DNA from: Torpedo marmorata
Taxonomy: Eukaryota
Length of the DNA stretch: 64,000 bases
Direction: 5' to 3'
Assembly (NCBI GenBank): GCA_977017645.1
Contig: OZ360228.1
Location: forward strand, 50,902,001-50,966,000
Shown: positions 26,376-40,629 of the stretch, piece after piece
How positions within the stretch are numbered: the first letter of the stretch is position 1
Layout of the letters: each line of letters begins with the position of its first letter
The notes under the pieces: model-generated
Told to the model about the DNA's origin: nothing
What the model saw: the letters and a program-made list of their open reading frames with translations, nothing else
The model's database searches: none
Position numbers and translations under genes: made by a program

Positions 26376-26779
26376 ACGTGCGCACAATTGGCCGTTAATC
26401 TACCCATCTCGCTCACTCCAACAATGTGAAGCCATACACCGTTCAAACGCAAACTGATGAAATGTGTGACAAAAGATCATTAACCTGAAACTTAACTCTG
26501 TTTCTCTCTTTACCAATGTTTTCTGCCTTTACGTGTCACCTTTTCCAACATTAGAGCATCTGAAAAAATAGTTCAGCACTCTTTATTGTTATTGTGAAGG
26601 AAACATGATAGTAAATAGCATTCAGCAAGCTCCCACAAACTGCAGTGTGCATATCACCAGAAAGTCTGTTTCTCGTAATGTCAGTTTAGGGATGAGCATT
26701 ACGCAGGACACCAGGGAGCTTTCCCCCTTGCTACTCTTTTTGAATTAGAGCTAAGGCAAGTTTACAGTTCAATGGCCAT

Positions 26780-27010
26780 CAAAGGGAAAGCACTGCAGCA
26801 GTTGGAGTTGTATGCCAGGCAAAGGAAAATGGTCGTGGTTGTCGGAGGTCAATCATCCCAGCACGATGGTATCACCACAGGAGTTCCTCAAGGCCGTGTC
26901 CCAGGCCTAACCATCCTTCAGCTGCTTCATCAATGATCTTCCTTCCAATGAAAGATTGGAAAAGGGGATGTTCACAATGCTCAATTCCATTTGTGAGACC
27001 ACGGCAATTG
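26780..27010 (+). mobile_element. Degraded CR1-type RT fragment
   Basis: gtggttgtcggaggtcaatcatc...ggagttcctcaagg...cttcagctgcttcatcaatgatcttcc gives the GVPQG...FSCFINDLP RT motifs. Confidence 0.65.
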
Positions 27011-29536
27011 AAGCAACACATGACTGCATGAGGTTGACAAAATTCGGCATTCAGGCAGCTCCTTGGAAACATCACAGCCTGCCTCCACTATCCTCTCTGC
27101 TCCTCCAGTGCCTATTTGCACCTTGGATCCTGTTCTCCCGATTTCACCATTGGTTGTCTCCAACCATTGCACTCACACTGTTTGGAACTCCCTTTCCACA
27201 TTGCTCTTTTAAATCATCTCCCTGCATGGTTTAAAATAAAATTATCAATCTCTTTTCCACAACCATGTACATTACCCCCACCCTCTCTCTCCACACTGAC
27301 CATTTGCTTCTTGCCACATACCTGGTGAGTATCACTCCATCACAAGGCTCTCCTGAGACATTCCTACTACAGATTGAGGAGAACTGTTCCAAACCAAGCC
27401 ACTGCTTTCAGAAAGCCAAAAGGCTTTTTTAGGGAAACCAAAAAAAGCTCAAATTACTCATAGAGTTCCTTACATTATAGCAATAAAAATGTTGGCTGCT
27501 TATAATTAGAATTACCCACCTGTTAAATAGCTGTTTGGTTATTTCATTCTTGTCCATCAACAGTAAATCAGGGGGAGGTTGTGGCCTCCAGAAATGGTAA
27601 CCAAGAAGTTTTTAAAATGGGCACTCATTATGAAAAACAGGTGGCAGCAAAGCAGATTTGTAGGTATGCGTACATCTTGTATTAATAAAATCTTCAAATA
27701 ACCCAAGCGAGAAGGCAAACTGATATTTAAAGGAGCAGTGTCATCTTGTGGAATAAGGGGAGGTGATATGATGCTGGGGGCAGTTCAAGAGCAGCCTCTA
27801 CCATTCCCAAACAATGGTGCTTATTTAACATTCTCTCAAGGGCTTCAGCCATAATGCATTTACATTAACTTTCTCCTTTAAAGAAAATTGTCAAGACATC
27901 TTTTCTGCAAATGACACAGTACATTTCTATTTATCGGAGGCATATTAAGTGCAACCACAACCCTTCCTGCCAAGCAGTAGCATTGTTAATGTGATGACAT
28001 CAATGTCACAATCAATGTTCTGTAAACAAAAATTGATGAAGTCTCTTCTGACATGGGCCCTTTAATACTTGCGAGCAAGATATTATGATATCATAAAAAT
28101 AGTGAGGCTGGAATCATTATACATTTGCTTAGAGGCAGGTCAAAATTATCTGCTAATATTGCAATAAATCTAAACAGATTTGTATATTAAGGCTGCTTTT
28201 TCCCCTTTGTTTAAGGGCCCATGTTTTATGAATATCTATAATACTAGTCATGTGATGTAGCACACTTGAAGTCAAGGTAGCACAGTTTACGCGCATAAAT
28301 CAACTTTAATTTTAAGGTGGGTGGCAGCAAGGAAACAGTATTGAATATAGACAGAGAAAAATAGACCAAAACAGAGTGAAGGATGCCGTGTACACAAATA
28401 AGCAGCTTAATGCATCTTGGCACACAGTGTAAGCCTTGTAGGAGCTTCAAGAGCCTCGGGCAATCTGTGAGTTGAATAGCAATTTTATTACTTTGTCATT
28501 AAACCAATTTCACAGCAGTATTGTTTGTTAATGAGCAGCAGCAAACGAGTGAAGATGTCACACAGTGGAATAGCAGTGAGATTTGTGATCAAGGACTGCA
28601 TCACTCAGATGAAAAGGCCATCGAAGGCTATAAAAAGGAACAATTGGGGGTGGGGGGGGGGGTTGAGAGTGGTTGAGGAGGGGGTTGGGGCAAGCAGCCA
28701 GTCTGATATTTCAGAGCAAACCACTGCAGGAATAATGTCAAAATAAAACTCGCTAAAGCAGATAAGAAGAATGAAGTGGCAGGTTGTGCTTTTAAACAGC
28801 TAAGTGAGGGGAAAGAGCATCTATTTTTACTTACAGACATTCTGCATTACATTTTGTAAAATAAAACGTTCCTTTTGATGATATCTGCATTATCAAAAGT
28901 CTTGCCGTTCTGTGGACTTGAGTTTGCGAACTATCTTATTGAATATCCAAATGGAACACTACTTCCACTAACTGTTGTCCTTTTATATGCGGAATACAGA
29001 GTCTTCACAGTAACACCTGCCCATTCTGTGAGATTTATAGTTTAATCCATCCAATTAGCTTCAGTGCAAACAGGGTTTAACTTGGTCTCAACACAAAATG
29101 CATTCTATAATTTCAAGGTGCCTGCCCACTCTCAAGAGTCAAGCCCCTAGCATTTAGACTCACATCAGCTTCAGTATAACTGGATATTGAGTTGAAGCAT
29201 TGTCTCTAGCATGCACAAGCTCATTATAATATGGGACAATACTAAATGCTTTCAACTCCAGTTTTGACACAAATCTCAAACAGACTTCCACGAAGAAGTA
29301 CTTGTAACCTTAAAGTGAGATTTGTATTAGTAATAATTTATTATCTGTGAAAGTCTCCTTTCAAAAGAAATTCCCGCAAGATGAGGACCCGTGGTAAAAA
29401 TGGGCATATGGACCGTCGAGGCTTTCAAAATGTGGGAAGGACAAACATGATATAGAAAAAAATGATGGAGGCTTTGAGAATGTTTGGACTGAGGTTTAAA
29501 GTACAAAATTAGGAAATGCTGTTTAATTCAAAGGGA

Positions 29537-31065
29537 AGTAAAACACGAAAATCTGTAGACACCGTGGTTGAAGTAAAAAACACAAATGCTGGAGAACTCA
29601 GCAGGTCAAAGTGTCTTTTATGTAGCAAAGGTAGAAATACATAACCGACGTTTCGGGCTTGAGCCCTTCATCAAAGTATGAGAAAATGTCAGCAGGCGTC
29701 CGAACAAAGGAGTGAGGGGGGAAGGGGGATGGCAAAGGCAGGAGATGATAGGTGGAGAAAGGAGGGAGGGGACAGCAGCAAAGAGGGGGAGGAGGGATGG
29801 CTGGGTAGCTGGAGAAAAACAGGAAGGACAGGTGAGGGGGGAGGGGAAGGGAACAACAAGCAGGTTAGTGGAAAGCAGAAAAGTAATTGTTAATGCCATC
29901 TGGCTGGAGAGTGCCGAGACGGAATATGAGATGTTGTTCCTCCAATTTGCGGGTAGTCTGGGTGGGATAGTACATGAGGCCATGGACAGACATGTGAGTG
30001 TGGGAGTGTGACCCAGAATTGAAATGGTTGGCTACTGGGAGGTCGCTGTTGTTGCGGACGGAGAGGAGGTGCTCAGCAAAGCGGTCTCCCAATCTACGAC
30101 CGGTCTCTCCAATGTATAGAAAGCCACAAAGGGAGCACCGGATGCAGTAAATAAGTCCTCTGGATGTACAAGTGAAGTGTAGTTTCACTTGGAAGGCCTG
30201 TTTGGGGCCCTGGACCGTGGTGAGGGGGGAGGTGTGGGCGCAGGTGTTGCACCTCCTGCGGGCACAGGGGAAGGTTCTGGGGGTGCAATGGGTGGGGAGG
30301 GATGAGTGCACGAGTGAATCGCGGAGGGAGCAGTCCCTACGAAAGGCCGAGAGGGGAGGAGAAGGAAAAATGTGTCTGGTGGTGGGATCCTGTAGTAAGT
30401 GACGGAAATTCCGGCGGATAATGTGTTGGATGCGGAGGCTGGTGGGGTGGTAGGTGAGGATGAGGGGGATTCTATGTTTGTTGTGTCTGGGGGCAGAGGG
30501 GGCCAGGGCAGATGAGCGGGAAATAGAGGAGATGCGGGTGAGGGCTGAGTTGATGGTGGTGGAGGGGAAGCCACGTTTGTGGAAAAAGGCAGACATTTCA
30601 GAAGATCTGGAGTGGAACACCTCATCTTGGGAACAGATGCGGCGGAGGCGGAGAAATTGAGAGAAGGGGATGGAGTCCTTGCAGGGGACAGGGTGTGAGG
30701 ATGTGTAGTCCAGATAGTTGTGGGAATTGGAGGGTTTGTAGTAAATGTCGGTGGAAAGCTTGTCTCCCGAGATGGAGACAGAGAGATCCAGGAAGGGGAG
30801 AGTGTTATCGGAGATGGACCAGGTGAGTTTGAGATCATGGTGAAAGTTGGATGCGAAGTGGATGAAGTTGACAAGCTCATCGCGGGTGCATGAGGTAGCC
30901 CCGATGTAGTCGTCGATATACCGGAGGAAGAGATGAGGGTCTTGCCTGTGTAGGCTTGCAGCATGGATTGCTCCACAAAGCCCACAAACAGGCAGGCGTA
31001 GCTGGGACCCATGCGGGTACCCATGGCTACTCCTTTGATTTGGAGGAAGTGGGATGAGTTGAAGA
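29537..31065 (-). mobile_element. 5'-truncated Penelope-like retroelement (RT C-terminal half, GIY-YIG endonuclease, hammerhead terminus), frameshifted
   Basis: QIKGVAMGTRMGPSYACLF; LIYCIRCSLCGFLYIGETGRRLGDRFAEH; 12-bp TSD aattcaaaggga at 29525-29536 and 31066-31077. Confidence 0.95.
29640..29680 (-). ncRNA. Minimal hammerhead ribozyme motif in PLE terminus
   Basis: Reverse complement reads catactttgatgaagggctcaagcccgaaacgtcggttatg, identical to 16685-16725. Confidence 0.72.
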
Positions 31066-31434
31066 AATTCAAAGGGACATGGAAATCTGGAATCTGGAAT
31101 TCTTACTCATTAAAAGGGGCAGTATGAACCAATTAAAGCTCTGAAAACTGAGATTCATAGAACTTTGGAAAGGAAGGATCTTGAGCAAAATGAAGCTAGA
31201 TCAGATAAATGGGATTGAAGTGAAGAGCAGCAGGATCTAGTTGAAAGGCAGTGCGAGAGTGAGAAGGGTCTGAATGGGCCTTCTGTTGCTGCTGTTCCTT
31301 CTCCAATACAACAAAATTGAGAGAAAGCTTCACTGATGGTATTGTGAGTTCTTCCTGTTGAAAAGGCCTGACTTTTCCAAGTTTGATCTGCCCATGGTAC
31401 AATATAGTTAAATTCTCTTCTGACCCAGTGCTCG

Positions 31435-32680
31435 TCAGAATCAGAATCAGAATTTATTGTCATGAACAAGTCATGAAATTCGGTGTTTTACAGCAGCATC
31501 ATAGTGCAATTAACATTCATATTAACCATCTAACGACATTACTATAAAAAATTATAAACAATAGTGCACGAAAAGTAAGGCAGTGTCTTTGGTTCATTGA
31601 TTATTCAGGAATCTGATGGCAGCAGGGAAGAAGCTGTCCTTGTGCCGTTGAGTGCTCGTCTTTCGGCTCCTGTACCTTTTTCCCGATGGAAGCAGAGTGA
31701 AGAGGGCATGGCCTGGGTGGTGGGGGTCTTTGAGGATAGAGGCTGCTTTTTTAAGACACCGCCTCATGTAGATGTCCTCGATGGAGTGAAGTTTGGTGCC
31801 TGTGATGTCACAGGCCGAGTTAACAACTCTCTGGAGTTTACTCTTGTCCTGGGAGTTGGCGCCTCCATACCAGGCAGTGATGCAACCAGCCAGAATGCTC
31901 TCCACGGTACACCTGTAGAAGTTTACGAGAGTCTTTGGTGGCATACCAAATCTCCGCAGACACCTCACAAAGTATAGCCACTGACGAGAACCAGGACAGA
32001 TCCTCGGAGATGTTGACACCCAGGAATTTGAAGTTCTTGACCCTCTCCACGACTGAGCCCTCGATGAGGACTGGGTCGTGTTCCCCTGACTTCCTCCTGA
32101 AGTCCACAATCATCTCCTTGGTTTTGCTGACGTTGAGCTCAAGGTTGTTGCCATTACACCATTCAACGAGCTGATCTATCTCCCTCCTGTACGCTTCCTC
32201 ATTGCCGTTTATGATTCTGCCGACAACTGTGGTGTCATCGGCAAACTTGTAGATGGCATTGGAATTGTGCCTGGCCACACAATCATGGGTGTATAACGAG
32301 TAGAGCAGTGGACTAAGCACGCATCTTTGGGGTGCGCCTATGTTGATAATCAGTGAGGAGGAGACGTTGTTTCCAATTCGTACTGACTGTGGTCTTCCGA
32401 TGAGAAAGTCAAGGATCCAGTTGCAGAGTGGGGTACAGAGGCCTAGAGTTTGTAGCTTCTTGACCAGCACTGAGCGAATAATGGTATTGAAGGCCGAGCT
32501 GTAATCGATGAAGAGCAGCCGTATGTATGAATTGCTGTTTTTGAGGTGATCCAGAGCTGAGTGGAGAGCCAGCGATATTGCATCTGCTGTGGAGCGATTG
32601 TGGCGATAGGCGAATTGCAGTGGGTCCAGATCTTTGCTTAGGTATGTGTTAATTCTGGCCATGACCAGCCTCTCAAAGCA
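31435..32680 (-). mobile_element. 5'-truncated Rex1/Babar-type LINE with RT domain; ~30-nt internal deletion near 31990
   Basis: [57 protein letters not shown]; same C-terminus and (ttctga)n tail as the 25791 and 53959 copies. Confidence 0.95.
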
Positions 32681-33376
32681 TCACAGACCTGGGAGTTTAG
32701 CAACTTTTTTATGCCTGGCAGGGCAGAAACCACTGGCTGACCTGTTCTAGTTGGCAGCTTTTCAAGTTTATCTTGCTGCTGCAGTACAATTGGATGGAAT
32801 TGCCAGACTCACCTATTCATTTTTAGATTCCTTCAATTTTGCTTGTGTGCTCTATATTTTCACCGTTCTTATGATAGAGATAATGCAAAATGCCATGTTT
32901 TCAAAGGAAACTAATTAGCACTGCTGATGTCAGAAAGAAAGGAGAGCAAATGGTCTAAAAGGGATTTGAAATGTTTGCAGTTGTTTACCAAACAGAATAC
33001 CTGCTGTCTTCACAAGTGAGAGCGCATTTCAGAGAGGCTATCTCTGAAACACTAAAAGCAGTAACACTAAAAGCAGCGCTAGTCAGGCTTGTGGCATACA
33101 GTCAGACATTTAAGGCAAAACACTTTGGGAGGAGGTGAAGATAAATTGAATTAAAGAGGATTCTACAGAAGGGTTGATGTTATCAAACGTGATTGGACCC
33201 TGCGATAAGACTGTAGTTTGTAAATGTGTTAATTAAACTTTTAATGGTTGAGTGCTGCTCTCTGATTTCTAATCGTCAGGAAGGAAATCTATGTTCATGG
33301 CTGCTTACGAGTGATTTTACTTTTGGTTAAGATTGTCAAGTTACTGAAATAATTATATTTGCTTCACTGAAAATTA

Positions 33377-34657
33377 CTGTATTTGATGGCATAAAAGACC
33401 CACGGACATTTCAGCAGGGAATATTAAGAATTTTGTTAGTGTATTTACGGGTAAGCATTTAATATTATTGAAATATGTAGCTACAGTATATCTGAAAAAA
33501 ACTTGGACAAAACATGCAACTAGGACAACAGGAAAAATCTTTTTAATCATAATACCGCTGTAATTTACAAGAGAAAACAAAGGTAGCTATAGTAGAAAGC
33601 ACTTTATAAAAATAAACTGCCGCTGTCGGTCCCCACGCTGGTCCCGCTGCCCTGCTCTCTCCCGGCGGCCCGCTGTCGATCCCTGCGCTGGTCCCACTGC
33701 CCCGCTCTCTCCCGGTGGGGGGGGGAGCAGGGCGGTGGGAGCAGGGCGGTGGGATCAGTGTGGGGACTGGTGGCGGGCTGTTGGGAGGGAGCGGGGCGGT
33801 GGGATCGGTGTGGGGGCTGGTGGCGGGCTGTCGGGGGGGAGCGGGGCGGTGGGATCGGTGTGGGGGCTGGTGGCTGGCTGTCGGGGGGAGCGGGGCGGTG
33901 GGATCGGTGTGGTGGCAGGCTGTCAGGGGGAGCGGGACGGTGGGATCAGTGTGGGGACTGGTGGCGGGCTGTCGGGAGGGAGCGGTGTGGTGGGATCGAT
34001 GTGGGGGCTGGTGGCGGGCCGTGAGGGGGGAGCAGGGCAGTGGGATCGGTGTGGTGGCTGGTGGCGGGCTGTCGGGAGGGAGCGGGGTGGTGGGATCGGT
34101 GTGGGGGCTGGTGCAGGGCCGTCGGGGGAGAGCAGGGCAGTGGGATCGGTCTGGTGGCGGGCTGTCGGGAGGGAGCTGGGTGGTGGGATCGGTGTGGGGG
34201 CTGGTGGCGGGCTGTCGGGGGGGAGCAGGGCAGTGGGATCGGTGTGGTGGCGGGCTGTCGGGGGGGAGTGGGGCGGTGGGATCAGTGTGGGGACTGGTGG
34301 CGGGCTGTCGGGGGGGAGCGGGGCGGTGGGATCAGCGTGGGGACCGACAGCGGGCCACCGGGAGAGAGCAGGGCAGCGGGCCCAGTGCGGGGACTGACAG
34401 CGGGCCACCGGGAGAGTCTCCCGACAGCCCGCCACCTGCCCCCACACTGATCCCACCGCCCCGCTGCCCCCCGACAGCCCGCCACGAGCCCCCAATGATA
34501 GATGGCGGTGATGCTAGTGAGCCACGCAGTGACGATGATCACTGTCGCCATTACTCACCATTATCACCCTAATTTCAACTTCGCATATAAGACCCGGGGG
34601 ATATTTTTGAGCCATTTTTTGAGAAAAAAAGTGGGTCTTATATGCCATCAAATATGG
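33377..34657. mobile_element. Tc1/mariner (Tc2/pogo-like) non-autonomous element with an internal G-rich ~49-bp minisatellite
   Basis: TA|ctgtatttgatggcataaaagacccac ... gtgggtcttatatgccatcaaatatgg|TA gives TIRs plus TA TSD. Confidence 0.88.
33720..34335 (+). repeat. G-rich ~49-bp minisatellite (gggatcagtgtggggactggtggcgggctgtcggggggagcggggcggt)n
   Basis: About a dozen imperfect tandem units are visible. Confidence 0.92.
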
Positions 34658-34664
34658 TATTTTG

Positions 34665-34804
34665 GATTAATATGTATGTATACATGTGATTTGTGTGTAG
34701 GGTGTACTATATATCTGTGTGTGTGCACTATGGTCCAGAGATAGGCTGTTTCGTCGGGTTGCATAAGTATATATACAATCAGATGACAATAAACTTGAAC
34801 TTGA
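34665..34804 (+). mobile_element. Short Rex1/RTE-type 3' tail fragment
   Basis: Ends in gatgacaataaacttgaacttga, the same tail architecture as the Rex1 copies. Confidence 0.55.
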
Positions 34805-35808
34805 TGACCAAGTTTACTTTCTTTTGCCTGCAGTATTAGTATTGGACTGCATTGAAATGCCCTCATATAGAATATGAAGGGTGTGTCTAATCTATTAATT
34901 GAACAAATAGGCCATCACGGCCTTGCTGATTTGATGTTAATTGACCAGACCGCAAACTTGTTAAAATTTGGACATCACAGAGGGACTGAAGCAATTCACT
35001 TAGTCATCCTGCTTTTCTCAACCGGCTGTCAAACCTCAAGATACAACTTTAACCCGCAAACTTCCTGCCACCTCTTTACCTAACGACACAAAAGAAGACA
35101 AGGACTAAAATAAGAAATGTGCTGAATCAACAAACACAACTTGAGATTATACAGAGTATAACTGTTAACCGTGGGGGAATTGTGCATGTTGAAACGTGTT
35201 TCAGATGGTAGCTCAGAAGAACAAAGAATTTTGGAAGAACTGTGACAGCAGTTTGGGTCCCACATATAATATTTTGAAAGGGACAGACATCAACGTATAC
35301 AGTACTTTACCTCGGTGTTAATTATTTGGGTTCTGTCACAGAGTTGTACAATATAGAAAAGGGCACTTTGGTCCTCCATATTCATGCTGATCCTTTTGCT
35401 CATCTAAACTATATTAATCCCATTTACCAGCAGTCGGGCTGAATCCTTTCATGCCTTGCTCTTCCTATGCCATATTCTCTGTATATGATGAATTAATCAA
35501 TCAAAAATACAGAGACTAGATTATGCTTGTTTTTGAGAAATAATTGTTCATTTTAGTAAAGAATAATATAGGCGCTGAATTCATTAACAACATTCCAATC
35601 TCTAGAAAAGGGAAGAAATTATGAAATGAAATGATGAACAATATTGACTTTTAAACTTTGCTAAACGGGTCCCTATTTAAATTGAATTTGTTTAAGATAT
35701 GACTATCAGTTATTTAAAAATTGTTCCTGAGTGTAAGTGACGGATTAGAGGATGTGAATTTTTTGCTGAGAGTGAACCAGCTATTTCAAAAATAGTGGTT
35801 ACTGCATA

Positions 35809-36755
35809 CCCTGCTGTCTCCCAGCGGCCCGCTGTCCCGCTCTCTCCTGGCGGCCCGCTGTTGGTCCCCACGCTGGTCCCGCTGCACTGCTCTCTCCCGG
35901 CGGACCGTTGTCCCGCTCTCTCCCGGAAGCCCACAGTCGGTCCCCGCGCTGGTCCCACTGTCCCGCTCTCTCCCGAGGGGGAGCGGGATGGTGGGATCAG
36001 TGTGGGGAATGGTGGCAGGCTGTCGGGGGGAGTGAGGCGGTGGGATCAGTGTGGGGACTGGTGGCGGGCTGTCGGGGAGAGCGGGGCGGTGGGAGCAGTG
36101 TGGGGACTGGTGGCGGGCTGTCGGGGGGGAGCGGGGCGGTGGGATCAGTGTGGGGACTGGTGGCGGGCTGTCGGGGAGAGCGGGGCGGTGGGAGCAGTGT
36201 GGGGACTGGTGGCGGGCTGTCGGGGGGGGAGCGGGGCGGTGGGATCAGTGTGGGGACTGGTGGCGGGCTCTCGGGGGGAGTGGGGCGGTGGGATCAGTGT
36301 GGGAACGTGGCGGGCTGTCGGGGGGAGCGGGACGGTGGGATCAGTGTGGGGACTGGTGGCGGACTGTCGGGGGAAGCGGGGCGGTGGGATCAGTGTGGGG
36401 GCTGGTGGGGCTGTCGGGGGGGAGCGGGGCGGTGGGATCAGTGTGGGGACTGGTGGCGGGCTGTCGGGGGGGAGTGGGGCGGCAGGACCAGTGCGGGGAT
36501 CGACAGCGGGCCGCCGGGAGAGTCTCCTGACAGCCCGCCCCCACACTGATCCCACCGCCCCGCTCCCCCCCCAACACCCGCCATCAGCCCTCAACGATAG
36601 ATGGCGGTGATGCTAGTGAGCCACGCAGTGACGATGATCACTGTCGGCGTTACTCACCATTATCACTCTAATTTCAACTTTGCATATAAGACCCGGGAGA
36701 TATTTTTGAGCCATTTTTTGGGAAAAAAGTTGGTCTTATATGCCATCAAATGCGG
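35809..36755. mobile_element. Second copy of the Tc2-like minisatellite-bearing element, left end missing
   Basis: 36595-36755 is nearly identical to 34495-34657, including the right TIR and TA; same 49-bp array at ~35985-36480; no left TIR. Confidence 0.88.
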
Positions 36756-39700
36756 TAATCTGTTCAGGACAGTTGTTATGGTTTAAACTGGCACCTTTTG
36801 TAAATTGACAGTTTAGAAAAAAAATTCTCCAGATATTAATGCTGATCAGACAGATAGTTATGAGGCAGTCACCACGGGGACTAGGACTAATAGTCACCTG
36901 TCTCAAGTGGTTAGGTCTAAACATCAGTTTCTGATCCCTTGTGTGTGAAAACTTGGTCTCTATTGGTCAAACCATAATCAGTCTGCATAGGGTAATGAAA
37001 TAGCTTAATATTCACATACATATGTGGCAGTTGTTCAAAATATATTCTGATTTTGCTGCAATCCTAAAGATTAACTGCATTTTAGAATTTGCTTTATAAA
37101 GTACGATCAGTCCTCTCGTTATACCCAAATCTCTTTTCTTAAAAACAAAAAAAATGACATTGTTAAGTATTTAGAAAATCTGGAACTTGAGCACTTCAAG
37201 GTTATCCATTCATTATCTTTTATCTTTTGCTTGGATATGAAAGTTTTTTTCAAAGTAGGTCGACTCCTTCTGTCTCTCTGAAAATGCTGAAAGAGAAGTC
37301 ACTTGTTTGATAGCAAGTAGAAAAATCCAGTGGGGAAGATTGACAAGTTTAAAATAGCACCCCCTTTAGGTTAGTTCAGATATCATCATTTAAACTTGCC
37401 TAAACGTGCACAAAATATTCATGCTTTTTTCCAGAAAGCTAATGTATTGACATAGTTTAATGACGTTGATATTAAGTGTGCACATTAATTATGTTGATAT
37501 TTGGCAGTGTTATGAAACCCATAGTATGTGACTTCAGAAGTGCAGAAGAAGCTGATTTTAAAAATGCACATCGTTCATAAAGATGCTGGAAACCAATGAT
37601 GGCTCATTACATTATATTTATCCGTTCTGAGGCTCCAACATTTACGCACATCACCTCAGACTCACAACATGGAATTTTTTAAAAATTGATAAACGTAGGC
37701 TTTAGTGACAGAAGTTGGAGATTACAAGTCAGAAATTACCAATTTTGTGAAATTAGGATTAACGTAATTCAACCAAGAATATGGTGATTTTCTGTTCACA
37801 AGTGCCACGATTGGGCACGTAAAATGTACTGTCTACAGATATTTTTAAGTGGAACTTTGTCTGTTCCTATAATTCCATTATAAATTAAAACAAAGAGCGG
37901 AAGGAGAGTGGCTTTTGCACAAACATACTTGAGGTTTAACATGAGTGTAAAGCGGAGAAACCACTATGCACTATTAATGTCTTATGACTCAGAAAACACG
38001 ATTCGGTGGCCTCAGGGATGAACCTGACACACCACTCTACAACCAGTATCTTCTTTCATTTGTGTTTCCTTGACAGTTAGGCTTTGTGGGTTTTGCCTTG
38101 GGATCTGGGAGAAGTCTGGCTGGTCTGTTGTTTTAATCTAGTGCTCTACCAATAGGTGCAGATTTAGCTCTGTTCCAAATCCCTTGCTGAGTGTTTGCAT
38201 TCCATTCTGTGGATGCATCCTGGAATACATATTCTGTTGTTCATATAAAAACGTGATGTCTAATTCCAGTGAAACCTGTGGTATCACTTTTTTAATTTAG
38301 TTGCTAAAGATCATTACTTGCAGATATGTCCGATGTAAAGAGTTCAGAAGCTAAGGCAAAATGAAATTGGTATTCTGTAACATGTAGGAGTAGGGGCTGT
38401 TGAATGTACGAATGATGTTGGACAATATTGATTAAATAATTATCACTTTAGCCTTGTATAGAATTGCCCTGCTGTTGTTGCACTGCAAATAATTTTAAAC
38501 TCTGCTAATACACAATGCAGGCTGCTCACTGTCTACTGTAATGACAGACCAACAACTCTCTGTGGAGTCAATCAGTCCTGTAATTGAGATATTTTCCACT
38601 CTGTCCCTGATTCACTTCTCTTATTCTAAATGACACTTGCAAGAGTAGTTGGAGGTCAGGCACTTCAGTTTATTGACCTGAACTAGTGGTTTCAAAGATT
38701 TGTAAGGCAGGCCAAGCAGCTGACTATAACATGGTAACAAAGATACGGTTTATTTCTTTGTAATATGAAAAACCATGTTCAAAACAATACGCTATTTTCT
38801 GGTTGCTCCTATTATGCACAATGCTTTTTAAACTATAATTATATCCAGATTGTACTGTATTTAATATAAAAATTGAGGCTCATCCCTCTACATGTTGAGT
38901 TCAGGATTTATTAAATCCATTAATGTAATCTCTAATCCAATAAAGTAATCTAACATGGCTGCATAAAAGTGGGGTATTGATTATGTTTAGAGTTTATCAT
39001 CATGGATGATTAATAGCAAAGCATCTTAACCACATTAAGTTTATCTACAAAGAGAAATATTCACTGGGCAATCGAAAAATCTTCTCACAGAAACAACTGC
39101 CCTGCACTCTGTAAATTACAAGCCAACCTGATGCTACACCTAGAGTGCAAGCTATATGCCGGTGACATAGATGGAGGGTGGAGAGCTTATTTTGCTTTAG
39201 CAATATACACGTCAAGGTAGCATTTTTGGGTCTGGGTTAATGGAGTTAATCCCAGTGAAGAATCGTCATTCTAATTTGCTCAATGGATCCTGAGAAATTT
39301 TTTGTTTTGTGACTGACAGACAGCCAAATATAAAGTTACCTCTCTGATCCCAATTCTTTAGGTCTTATAGTCTTAATAAATAAAAAAAAAGGAAAAATGC
39401 TCTTGACTGTGGATAAGGCTTTAGAGGGCAGCAGAAATATGAATTACACTTCAGGCAAGATTTGCCATAGGGGAGGATGGAGCATTCTTTCTTAGTATGG
39501 AAATGGATAAAATGTATGCAGTTTGGACGAGATGGTTGCCACAATAAGGCTCCTTTCATACAGGTGTGTTTATGCCCCAGGCATGTTGGCCACAGTCCAT
39601 TCAATGTACAGAAGTTAAATTGAACAATAACAACTGAATCTCGAAAGGTGAGCATCAGAAGAAATGCCTGAGAGCTGTCTCGGAGCCAATGAAAGCCTGT

Positions 39701-40629
39701 TGCAGTTGTCAGAGCTTGTTGATGTTGCAATGAACAATGCAGTTTTCCACCAGATTTCATGGTTCTGCCTTAGGAAAGAAAGTAAAATAGAACAGAAGAA
39801 CAAAGTCCTAGTACATAAATCAGCAGCTGCTCTTTGCCAGATCAAAAGAATGACATTCTTGCTCCTGCTCTGCTTGTCCACTTCAGGTGGTTGATAGACA
39901 GTTAACAGCTGGCCCACTGCTGCTGATAACTGGACTATATTATCTTTTGGAAGATTAATAAAAAAATTATTATGACTTTAATCGAATAACAAAAGGGAAA
40001 TTGGAAGCATTAAGTTATGTGATCCTTTTTAACTGCACAGCCAAGTTTAGGAAGAGCTCATTTTCTCCTCTCAAAACTTGTTCTGCTGAAATGTGATTCT
40101 TGTCTTATTGAGCCATTGTGTAACCATTGTCACATTGAGTTTACTTCTGGTATGAACAAAGATGTTCAATTGCTAAGGTTCAAATTATTTCATGGTTATT
40201 GTCAACTTACTCCCATGCTTTCACAATCAAGGCATTATTTAATTTGTTGTATTCCCTGCAACCGTAATTACTCTGTCTCGCCATTCCTAGACTCTGGCAA
40301 GATTTTTAAAATATATACCTGCCTACGCAAAAGGTTACATGTAAATGCTAATAAGCTATAGATGCAAAATCTACTCTGCAACCATTTTTATTAAATATAT
40401 TCCATTTCAACTCTGGGGTAAGGTTTGCTAGATCGAATGGCATGTTTCATTAAGTGATGTATTTGAAGATTTGAAAAAATTGTTTATTTTGAAAACAAAT
40501 AATTAACATCAAAACCCTTGATAACAGTGTAATTAACTTTACTGTAATACTGTTGCATATGATTTTTTCATTAGTTCAAGTAGTTTATAAAGGATAAAAT
40601 GTTTATTTAAACAAACCTACGGTAGTTAT

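Noticed and set aside
33715-36610. Long Gly/Trp/Pro-rich ORFs (up to 285 aa) on both strands
   Set aside because: They are translations of the stop-poor 49-bp minisatellite, open in several frames.
39310-39319. TGACTGACAG PBX-MEIS/PREP decamer-like site
   Set aside because: An isolated short motif with no conservation evidence available.
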